A stretch of DNA of 15,105 nt from the NCBI GenBank assembly GCA_963845245.1, contig CAWJRJ010000033.1, forward strand, positions 1-15,105. Reading direction: 5' to 3'. This document shows positions 1 through 7,119 of this stretch, in pieces (position 1 is the stretch's first letter; each line of letters starts with the position of its first letter). Both the position numbers and the translations under genes were made by a program. A model generated the notes under the pieces. It saw nothing but the letters and a program-made list of their open reading frames with translations. It searched no databases and was not told where the DNA came from. This stretch comes from Nitrospirota bacterium. GTDB lineage: Bacteria > Nitrospirota > JACRHJ01.

Positions 1-1021
1 GGTCGAACTCGTCCTGTATGGAGCCGACTATCTCCTCCATCAGGTCCTCGACGGTCACGATGCCGGATGTGCCGCCATACTCGTCGATCACTATCACCAT
101 CTGTATCTTCTGGCGCTGCATCTCGGTGAGGAGTTCGCGGACCTTCTTGGTCTCCGGGATGAAGTATGCCGGGCGGACCATCCTCGAAACCGGGTCGTCG
201 ACGTCTATCTCGCCCTTGGACATGCCGACGACAAGGTCTTTCATATACAACAATCCCTGGACGTTGTCAACCGAATCCTCTATCACAGGATAACGGGAAT
301 GGCCGTATTCCGCAACCAGGGCAAGGGCTTCAGAAACCTTTGCGTCCTTGTCGAGGCATATCACCTCGGTCCTGGGGCGCATCGCCTCGACCGCCAGCGT
401 GTCGCCGAACTCGAACACCTTGTGGAGCATCGCCTTTTCGTGTACATCAAGCGCGCCCTCTTCCTCGCCGATAGTGATTATGGCCTTGATGTCGTCTTCG
501 GTAACGAACGGAGACATCTCGCCTTTTGTCCCGAATATCCGTATGACCGTGTTCGTGACCGTCGTAAACAGCCAGACCAGTGGGTGCATCAGCGTTATTA
601 TAGCCTCCATCGGGCGTGATACGGCGAGTGCCACCCTCTCGGAGTGGGACGCGGCAAACGTCTTTGGCGTTATCTCGCCGAACATCACGATGAATATCGT
701 CATGACGACCGAGGCCAGTATCGTTACAGCCTCGCCGCCGTGGAACAGCTGAAGCGCTACTGTCGTGCCGAGTGAGGAGGCGAGGATTATGAAGAAGTTC
801 TCTGTCAGGAGGATGGTGCCGAAAAGCCTGTCATGCTCCTCGCGTATGCGCTGGACGGCCTTTGCCTTCCCGTTCCCCTTTTCGGCGAGGCTGCGGATCT
901 TCAGCCGGTTTACCGAGATAAGGGCTGCTTCGGAGCTTGAGAAGAAGGCGACGCATAAGACGCAGAAGACTATGACGATAGAACTGATGAGGGGGTCCGC
1001 ATGCAGCGGTATGGATTCCAA
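1..1021 (-). CDS. Hemolysin-family/HlyC-CorC transporter-associated protein (CNNM transmembrane + CBS pair); 3' end runs off the window
   Basis: Not in the ORF track; translated by hand. TTG start at 1021-1019 follows an AGGAG SD. Reads [56 protein letters not shown]... with the CNNM FFSxSExAL motif, IFGEITPK, and the CBS-end signature [31 protein letters not shown]. Confidence 0.93.
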   Translation of the reverse strand, partial: MESIPLHADPLISSIVIVFCVLCVAFFSSSEAALISVNRLKIRSLAEKGNGKAKAVQRIREEHDRLFGTILLTENFFIILASSLGTTVALQLFHGGEAVTILASVVMTIFIVMFGEITPKTFAASHSERVALAVSRPMEAIITLMHPLVWLFTTVTNTVIRIFGTKGEMSPFVTEDDIKAIITIGEEEGALDVHEKAMLHKVFEFGDTLAVEAMRPRTEVICLDKDAKVSEALALVAEYGHSRYPVIEDSVDNVQGLLYMKDLVVGMSKGEIDVDDPVSRMVRPAYFIPETKKVRELLTEMQRQKIQMVIVIDEYGGTSGIVTVEDLMEEIVGSIQDEFD

Positions 1022-1053
1022 GTCACTCCTTAAATTACAGTTTAAAAATCAAC

Positions 1054-1080
1054 AGGGGCGCCATAAGCACGCCCCTTTTC
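1054..1080. terminator. GC-rich hairpin AGGGGCG-N9-CGCCCCT in the predicted hlyC/corC leader (terminator-like)
   Basis: 7-bp inverted repeat at 1054-1060/1070-1076. It is followed by TTTC on + and by GTTGATTTTT on -. Confidence 0.45.
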
Positions 1081-1094
1081 ACTCTATGAGAATA

Positions 1095-1122
1095 ATTATA
1101 CCAGAAATCAGCGAAGATTCAA
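1095..1122 (-). promoter_or_regulatory. Sigma70-type promoter for hlyC/corC
   Basis: Minus strand TTGAAT-N16-TATAAT with an extended -10 (TGgTATAAT). Confidence 0.6.
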
Positions 1123-1509
1123 TAATTTTAAAGAGAGGATATTATCCCCGCCCTTGAGGGGAGGGGATAAGGGGAGGGTGGGGGGTGAATTAAGAAAGGG
1201 CCGACACGCGGGTCGGCCCCTACATGAACGTCGCCCCATAAATGGGGCAGCTACAATTTTCTCAATGATGTCGTGCGGGCCGATGTAGCGCAGCACCAGC
1301 ACGTCGCCTTCCTGCGTATAAACGCCACGGTAGGAGCGGTCCACGTAAAACTCCCAGAAGCCGTGCGCGCCCTCTATCCTGTGGATTTTAAGGGAGGGGT
1401 GCTTCGGGTTTTCCATGAGGAAACGGAGCTGCTTGTCGGCCTTTCCCTGCACTTCCTTCGGCAGGCGGCGGTAGTCCTTTTTAAACGTCTCGGTCAGCCT
1501 AATCTTCAC
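1108..1509 (-). CDS. RelE/ParE-superfamily type II toxin (core about 1251-1509; C-terminal extension probably artefactual)
   Basis: MKIRLTETFKKDYRRLPKEVQGKADKQLRFLMENPKHPSLKIHRIEG...WEFYVDRSYRGVY...LRYIGPHDI is a typical RelE-like fold with NPxHPSLxxH and IGxHD motifs. The GTG start overlaps the antitoxin 3' end. Confidence 0.85.
   Translation of the reverse strand: MKIRLTETFKKDYRRLPKEVQGKADKQLRFLMENPKHPSLKIHRIEGAHGFWEFYVDRSYRGVYTQEGDVLVLRYIGPHDIIEKIVAAPFMGRRSCRGRPACRPFLNSPPTLPLSPPLKGGDNILSLKLLNLR
1142..1186. repeat. G/C-tract palindromic intergenic element (CCCTCCCC...TCCCCTCCCCTCAAGGG type)
   Basis: TTATCCCC-g-CCC-loop-GGG-a-GGGGATAA hairpin at 1142-1170, followed by GGGGAGGGTGGGGGG. Resembles the CCCTCTCCC-type intergenic repeats common in environmental genomes. 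Only one copy is in the window. Confidence 0.45.
1196..1223 (-). repeat. GTAG-type REP palindrome, copy 1 (GTAGGGGCCGACCCGCGTGTCGGCCCTT)
   Basis: GTAG tetranucleotide immediately 5' of a GGGCCGAC/GTCGGCCC stem. 26/28 identical to 2302-2329. Confidence 0.85.
1232..1254 (-). repeat. Second-family GTAG-type REP palindrome (GTAGCTGCCCCATTTATGGGGCG)
   Basis: GTAG followed by a GCCCCAT-tt-ATGGGGC hairpin, 8 nt from REP copy 1 and in the same orientation. Confidence 0.65.
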
Positions 1510-1774
1510 CGTGGAGGTCTTTCAGGAGCTTGTCCGCAGAGTCGTAGTCCTTGTACCTGCCGGTCTCGATGTCCTTTTCCGATTCCTTTATGCGCTTCTG
1601 CACCTTCTCCGTCCAGAAGTACGCCTGGCTACGGGGTATCACCTTCACGGGCCGCAGGACGACCTCTCCGTCCCGCACCTCCACGTCCACGGCGTCGCCG
1701 GGGGCGATATGCAGCTCATCCCGGATTTTCTTCGGCAGCGTGACGAGCCCTTTTTCCATTACGTTTACGAGCAT
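1499..1774 (-). CDS. AbrB/MazE/SpoVT-family antitoxin
   Basis: KGLVTLPKKIRDELHIAPGDAVDVEVRDGEVVLRPV is the AbrB fold, followed by an acidic tail (QAYFWTEKVQKRIKESEKDIETGR). GGAG SD upstream. Lies upstream of and overlaps the toxin. Confidence 0.9.
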   Translation of the reverse strand: MLVNVMEKGLVTLPKKIRDELHIAPGDAVDVEVRDGEVVLRPVKVIPRSQAYFWTEKVQKRIKESEKDIETGRYKDYDSADKLLKDLHGED

Positions 1775-1791
1775 GGTTTAATTCTCCATAT

Positions 1792-1833
1792 GTTAGATAT
1801 ATGGATTATCTAACTTTCTGGCTTATATGTCAA
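1792..1833 (-). promoter_or_regulatory. TA operon promoter with overlapping palindromic operator
   Basis: TTGACA(1833-1828)-N17-GATAAT(1810-1805). A perfect inverted repeat GTTAGATA-N7-TATCTAAC (1792-1814) covers the -10 and start site. Confidence 0.75.
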
Positions 1834-1861
1834 GGAAGAACAAAGGCTGTGAGGGAATTAC

Positions 1862-1889
1862 TTGACTTATGGGCTAATTAATATATTAT
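1862..1889 (+). promoter_or_regulatory. Sigma70-type promoter for the 1896 ORF (probably leaderless)
   Basis: TTGACT-N16-TATTAT, with the ATG 6 nt downstream and no SD. Confidence 0.5.
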
Positions 1890-1895
1890 TTTGAT

Positions 1896-2303
1896 ATGAT
1901 AAAAACTTTTTTAATTATGTTTACTCTCTTGCTCTTTTTGATAATTCCTGTTTTGAGTTATAAGTGGGCAAAGAGATGTAGACAGGAAAAATTGTGGACT
2001 ATAACCTGCGCATCCTTTGGGGTCATTATAAATCCGGTTTCATTTGGAATTTATGGCTTTGGGGCCATGCTTGGTAGCATTGGTTTACCGATTGTAGCTA
2101 TGGGTTTATTTTTATCTATTCTTTCAAGCATTGGATTTGAACTTGCCGTTTTACTAAACATTCAAAAACCTGGGATAGTCGTGGCTGGCCTTGGTTATTT
2201 ATGGATTGGATTGATTAATGGAATAATTTGGGGAACCTTATTTGGACTCGTTGGCTTCCTAATTGATAAAAAACGTAATTTTTTAAAACTGAATAAAAAA
2301 TAA
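1896..2303 (+). CDS. Hypothetical multi-pass membrane protein (135 aa, AT-rich)
   Basis: About four hydrophobic Gly-rich segments and a basic C-terminus. Visibly lower GC than the flanks. The stop codon overlaps REP copy 2. Confidence 0.75.
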   Translation: MIKTFLIMFTLLLFLIIPVLSYKWAKRCRQEKLWTITCASFGVIINPVSFGIYGFGAMLGSIGLPIVAMGLFLSILSSIGFELAVLLNIQKPGIVVAGLGYLWIGLINGIIWGTLFGLVGFLIDKKRNFLKLNKK

Positions 2304-2329
2304 GGGCCGACACGATGGTCGGCCCCTAC
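2302..2329 (-). repeat. GTAG-type REP palindrome, copy 2 (GTAGGGGCCGACCATCGTGTCGGCCCTT)
   Basis: Direct repeat of 1196-1223 differing only at two loop bases. Sits between convergent genes. Confidence 0.85.
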
Positions 2330-2356
2330 GATTTAGATTTTAGCCAGTAATAATAT

Positions 2357-3439
2357 TTACCCGTTCATCTTCTTTATTATCGCGTCCGCCATCTGGATCG
2401 TCCCGACCGCCGTCTTGTCGCCTGCCTTCGGCTTTAAGTCTTCCGTGACGTCCTTGCCTTCGGCGATAACGTCCGCGACCGCCTTGTGCATCCTGTTCGC
2501 GGCGTCTTTCTCGCCCAGGTAGTTCAGCATCAAAACGCCGGAGAGCATCATCGCGACGGGGTTCGCCCTGTTCTGGCCCGCAATCGTGGGCGCGGAGCCG
2601 TGCGTGGGCTCGAATATCGCGCCGGCAGTGCCGATGTTCGCGCCGGGCGCGACTCCCAGGCCGCCTATGATGCCCGCGCAGAGGTCGGAGACTATGTCGC
2701 CGTAGAGGTTGGGGAGCACGAGTATGTCGAACTCCTCGGGGAACTGGACGAGCTGCATGCAAAGCGCGTCGATTATCCTGTCCTCGAATATGATGTCCGG
2801 GAACTCCTTGGCCACCTGGCGGGATACCTCAAGCCAGAGGCCGTCGGAGAACTTCATGATGTTGGCCTTGTGCACCGAGGTGACCTTCTTGCGGCCGTTG
2901 TCGCGCGCATACTGGAACGCGGCGCGCACGATGCGCTCTGAGCCTTCCACCGATATCGGCTTTATGCTTATGCCAGCGTTCGGGGATATCGTCTTGCCGC
3001 CGTTTGCCTTGACCAGCTCTATCAACGCCTTGGCCCCTGCCGAGCCTTTCTCGTACTCAATGCCCGCGTAAAGGTCTTCTGTGTTCTCGCGGAATATCAC
3101 CAGGTCGATGTCCTCGAAGCGGGTCCGCACGCCTTTGTAGGTCTTGCAGGGCCTGATGCAGGCGTAGAGGTCGAGCGTCTGCCTTAGCGTCACGTTTACG
3201 CTCCTGAAACCGGTGCCCACCGGAGTGGTTATCGGGCCCTTGATGCCGACCTTCGTCCTCCTGAGGGACTCGACCACGCGGTCGGGGAGGGGTGAACCCT
3301 CTTTTTCGAAGACGGCGATGCCCGCCTCCTGGACGTCCCAGTTGAACTTGACCCCGGTTGCCTCCAGTACGCGCCTGGTCGCCTCCGCTATCTCCGGCCC
3401 GATGCCGTCGCCGGGCATGAATGTCACGTCGTATGCCAC
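2357..3439 (-). CDS. icd: Isocitrate/isopropylmalate dehydrogenase family, most likely isocitrate dehydrogenase
   Basis: PGDGIGPEI, KGPITTPVGTGFRSVNVTLRQ (IDH-type substrate loop), RENTEDLY, VHKANIMK, NLYGDIVSDL and FEPTHGSAP motifs. GTG start with an AAGGAG SD. Confidence 0.88.
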   Translation of the reverse strand: MAYDVTFMPGDGIGPEIAEATRRVLEATGVKFNWDVQEAGIAVFEKEGSPLPDRVVESLRRTKVGIKGPITTPVGTGFRSVNVTLRQTLDLYACIRPCKTYKGVRTRFEDIDLVIFRENTEDLYAGIEYEKGSAGAKALIELVKANGGKTISPNAGISIKPISVEGSERIVRAAFQYARDNGRKKVTSVHKANIMKFSDGLWLEVSRQVAKEFPDIIFEDRIIDALCMQLVQFPEEFDILVLPNLYGDIVSDLCAGIIGGLGVAPGANIGTAGAIFEPTHGSAPTIAGQNRANPVAMMLSGVLMLNYLGEKDAANRMHKAVADVIAEGKDVTEDLKPKAGDKTAVGTIQMADAIIKKMNG

Positions 3440-3486
3440 TTTATTTCTCCTTTCAAATTATGATTTTAAGCTATAAGAAACGCAGA

Positions 3487-3515
3487 ATGATAGCCTATTC
3501 CGGGTCTTATGTCAA
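3487..3515 (-). promoter_or_regulatory. Sigma70-type promoter for icd
   Basis: Minus strand TTGACA(3515-3510)-N17-TATCAT(3492-3487). Confidence 0.7.
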
Positions 3516-3552
3516 TAAAGCTGGGAGAATTGCAGGAAAACATGACGCAGGT

Positions 3553-5267
3553 CTATTTCCCCGCCCGCCGGCGTCTTCGCATTACGCCAAAATAAAATAT
3601 CAAGCCTGCCAAGGCTGAAACAGCGGATATCAGCCACCCGGACCTTTGGCTTCTACTTTCCATAAAGTCTACGGTTACCTCGTGCTCCCCGCTTGGCACA
3701 TTTACCAGGATAGCCCCGGACTGTGTCTCCGGTTTGATTTCGCCCGGTCGCCCATCTATCGAACACTGCCATCCCGGATAATAGAAAGTTCGCAACCGCA
3801 CGTCGGAACTCTGTGATAGTTTTATAGTGAATGCGCGGTGGACAGGCTTCCATTTAAGCAGCTTTACCGCAGCATCGTCCGTGGAACCCGGCACATTGAC
3901 AAGGCGCTGCGGGTCTTCTGCGGACTTTTGTTTCAGCCAGTCGAGCGAGACGGTCTTTGGTACGTATTCCGGAATGTCTGAGCCGGCCAAGGCTTCTATT
4001 TCCTGACGGTAAAACCGGTTGCTGTTTTTTATGATCCCGGCATCGAGATAAACCAGGGCCATCGTCAAAATAGCGGCTGCCGAAATGACAAAGAACAACG
4101 GCGTTTTTCCTCGGCTGTCTTGCCCTGCCCTGATACCAACGTCTCGATATCCTTTACCGCAATACCTGCGAGGCAAGACGCGCTCAGGATTGTCAACGGG
4201 GCAAAGCGGGCTGGAAAGGCGAGCAGCTTAAGCCCCGGTATAACCGCCCACAACGGAGAAGACAACGAAGTCATCATAAAGATGGAGAATAATAGTAGAG
4301 AGATAAAAAAATCCTTTTCCTTGTTTTTCTTTACGCCCGTTACCAGTGCAGAGCCTATGTAGAGGACACCACCCAATAAAACGGACAAGAGTATGCTTCT
4401 AAAGACCTGATAAGAGAACTCCGGGTTGTTCTGCACGGCAGCAGGACCAGTTAAATAATAAAGGAAATTCTGCCTGTAATCGCTCCACCATGAACCCTGT
4501 AAAACCTCAAAGTGGACCAGTGGGCGGTCCGTGATTATGGGCAGCAGGTAAAAGGCATCCAGTAAAAATGCGAACACCGACGCGGCGGTCAGCCGTAGCG
4601 CTGTCCGGCCAACCTTGCCTTTGCCGCCGGAAACAAGTCCGAAAGCAAAGAAGACTGGCGCGAATAAATAAGCCGAAAACAGGTGCGTAACGCAGAGCAG
4701 GGCGTAGAAGAATGCGAGCAACAGGGTATTCCTGCCTGTACTTTCCTCCAGGGCAGCCTTGCGTGCATAGTATAGTATGGGCGCAAACCATACACAGGCA
4801 AACTGGCCGGTATATAAACCGCCGTAATAAACATCGAAAACCCTGTAAGGCAGCACCATGAATGATATTGCCGCGACCAGTCCGGCCTTCCAGCCATAGA
4901 GGCCGTTCATGAAGAAATAGAGGAATATCCCCGAGAGGAAAAGTCCTGTCAGCTTTATCAATGCGACTGAAACCACAGGGTCATGGGTAGCTGAATAAAA
5001 TAGTGCTGAGATAAAAACGACAAGCGGCTGGTAAAAAATGAAGGTGGGGCTTCCATAACCTGCAAACGAGCCGGGCATCCACCGCGGATAATAGATACCT
5101 TCATTAAAATAATCAGCGAACTGCCTGGTCCAATTTACAAAATGCGCAGTATCGTCGATCACTGAAGAGTATATTGCCGGGACAGCGAATTGCTTCGCCA
5201 TTACAGCCAGTGAGACCATGAAAATACCGAGGAAGATAAGTGGTGTCAAAGCTTTATGTTTTTTCAT
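3553..5267 (-). CDS. PTPS-related / YfhO-like polytopic membrane protein (probable GT-C glycosyltransferase), split by one frameshift near 4105
   Basis: N-terminal EGIYYPRWMPGSFAGYGSPTFIFYQPL motif and many TM helices in 4065-5267. The C-terminal RLRTFYYPGWQCSIDG...VPSGEHEV + TM segment is in 3553-4176. The frames join at the T5 run 4104-4108 (AEEK|TPLFF). Confidence 0.75.
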
Positions 5268-5349
5268 TATAGGTAGTTATTCCATATAAAAGGGAGTCTG
5301 TAAAGACAATTTTATCAAATTCCAATAGCTGATTTGTACAGTAATTGCC

Positions 5350-5377
5350 TTGAAAAAAACTTCATATATGGTATAAT
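5350..5377 (+). promoter_or_regulatory. Sigma70-type promoter for the radical SAM gene
   Basis: TTGAAA-N16-TATAAT with an extended -10 (TGgTATAAT). AAGGA SD precedes the ATG at 5413. Confidence 0.65.
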
Positions 5378-5412
5378 CCAGACCTGTTCTTGATAATTGG
5401 CAAGGAAATTAA

Positions 5413-6858
5413 ATGGTCTCCAGAATTTTAATAATCAGTACGAACCAGGAGATGGCCCCCCAGCCTGTAGCGCCTATCGGGGCCGCCTGGGTCGCCGAAG
5501 CGCTCAGCCAGGCCGGTTTTGAAGTCAGACTCCTGGACCTTACCTTTGAAAGGAAGGACTGCCGCAAAAAGCTCCTGAATGCCATAAGGGGGTTCAACCC
5601 CGATGGCATAGGCATATCCGTCAGGAACGTGGACAACGGCGATTTCCTTTCCCCCAACAGCTTTCTACCAAAACTAAAGCAAATAGCCGGACTTATCAAG
5701 GAAAACACAAGCGCCCGCATACTCCTCGGCGGCTCCGGCGTCAGTATAATGCCATATGCGATCCTTGAGTATCTTGGGCTTGATTATGCCATCGTGGGAG
5801 AGGGAGAAGTGTCGGCGGTCCACTTCTTCAAGTCTAATAACCCTGAGATATTCCGCAATGCTCCTGGCCTGGTATGCCGTGACAGCCACGGGGCGGACTA
5901 TGAACGCAACGACTGGCTCCTGCACCCGGACGTAGTCCGCCCACGGATGCACAACTGGCTCGATATCAAGAAGTACCTCCGTTACGAGCCCGTACTTCCC
6001 ATACAGGGGAAACGCGGCTGTGCCAACCGGTGCCTCTACTGCACATACAACCGCATAGAAGGAAGGAAGTACCGCCTCAGGAACCCGGCAGTCGTGGCCG
6101 AGGAGATATCAAACCTGATACTTAAGACTGGCGCGCACACCTTCGAGTTTGTGGATAGCATATTCAACCAGCCGGAGGGCTACATGGAGGCCCTGCTGGA
6201 GGAGATCATAAAATGGCAGATGAAAGCGCATTTCCACGTAGCTTCAATATCGCCCAAAGGCCTTACTGAGAAACAGGTAAAACTGATGGAGCGGGCCGGT
6301 ATCACGGCAGTCGGCATCACGCCAGAGTCGGCCTCGGACGAGACGCTTACGTCGCTCAGGAAGGGCTTCAGTGAGTCTGAGGTACACAGGGCCGCCGAAC
6401 TGCTCGGTAAATCAAACATCAAGGCGCTCTGGTGCTTCCTCCTGGGCGGCCCCGGAGAGAGCCCGGCAACGATAAAAAAGACGGTCAGGTTCATCAACGA
6501 GAAGCTGGCCCGCAAGGACAAGGCGTTTATTACCAACGGGATACGTATCTACCCGCAGACCGGTATGCACGAGTACGCCCTGGCCGAGGGGGTAGTAAGC
6601 AAAGACGACAGCCTGCTGATGCCAACATTTTATTTCACGCCGGACATGTCCCCGGAAGAGGCGAGGATCATCCTGAAAAACGGCCTCAACTCGTTGGGGA
6701 GTTCGATGTTCCTGTCCGACACCCAGTTCTCCTCTCTCGGTATACTCAGGCTGGCCGGGACTGCGCTGAGGCTCCCGAGCCCGTTCTGGAGCTATGCGGG
6801 GTATATGAACATGATGATAAGCGGCAAGCGGGTGATAAACCGCAGTTGGACAAGATGA
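5413..6858 (+). CDS. Cobalamin(B12)-binding radical SAM protein (class B methyltransferase-like; resembles the lipid-biosynthesis B12/rSAM subfamily)
   Basis: N-terminal B12-binding domain (PVAPIGAAWVAEAL...PDGIGISVRNVDN...LGGSGVS...GEGE). QGKRGCANRCLYC is the CxxxCxxC motif. Also FVDSIFN, ESAS and GGPGES. Confidence 0.9.
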   Translation: MVSRILIISTNQEMAPQPVAPIGAAWVAEALSQAGFEVRLLDLTFERKDCRKKLLNAIRGFNPDGIGISVRNVDNGDFLSPNSFLPKLKQIAGLIKENTSARILLGGSGVSIMPYAILEYLGLDYAIVGEGEVSAVHFFKSNNPEIFRNAPGLVCRDSHGADYERNDWLLHPDVVRPRMHNWLDIKKYLRYEPVLPIQGKRGCANRCLYCTYNRIEGRKYRLRNPAVVAEEISNLILKTGAHTFEFVDSIFNQPEGYMEALLEEIIKWQMKAHFHVASISPKGLTEKQVKLMERAGITAVGITPESASDETLTSLRKGFSESEVHRAAELLGKSNIKALWCFLLGGPGESPATIKKTVRFINEKLARKDKAFITNGIRIYPQTGMHEYALAEGVVSKDDSLLMPTFYFTPDMSPEEARIILKNGLNSLGSSMFLSDTQFSSLGILRLAGTALRLPSPFWSYAGYMNMMISGKRVINRSWTR

Positions 6859-7055
6859 CTATGAGCAGCCTGAACGAGATTAAAGAAGAACTGCTGGTGA
6901 TGTTTCAGGTACTGCCGAAGGGCCATGTCGTCAGCCCGGAGATGATGCAGGACTTTACCTCCTTGTATGAAGACGGCGAAAAAGGCCTGGTAGATGCTGC
7001 CGTTAAAGAGTTGATCGCCGAAGGCGTCGTATCCGGGGACCTGGAAATCCTTTAG
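6855..7055 (+). CDS. Small acidic hypothetical protein (66 aa)
   Basis: ATGA overlap with the radical SAM stop. MTMSSLNEIKEELLVMFQVLPKGHVVSPEMMQDFTSLYEDGEKGLVDAAVKELIAEGVVSGDLEIL ends just before an AT-rich intergenic stretch. Confidence 0.65.
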   Translation: MTMSSLNEIKEELLVMFQVLPKGHVVSPEMMQDFTSLYEDGEKGLVDAAVKELIAEGVVSGDLEIL

Positions 7056-7119
7056 ACGGACCATCCATTCTTCCCTGCCTTTTTGTACAAAATCCAATTT
7101 TTAATATATATTAAATAGA

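Noticed and set aside
18..1157. Several + strand ORFs (18-293, 166-474, 299-619, 348-752, 765-1157)
   Set aside because: Antisense shadows of the minus-strand hlyC/corC gene, which the track missed because it runs off the window.
1196..2329. CRISPR array, integron attC sites or IS terminal repeats
   Set aside because: Only two copies 1.1 kb apart in direct orientation. There is no spacer periodicity, no RYYYAAC/GTTRRRY attC ends, and no cas, integrase or transposase gene.
6855..7055. 66-aa acidic ORF as the cluster's acyl carrier protein or a RiPP precursor
   Set aside because: No GxDS(L) attachment motif and no leader/core or Cys-rich pattern. Kept as hypothetical.
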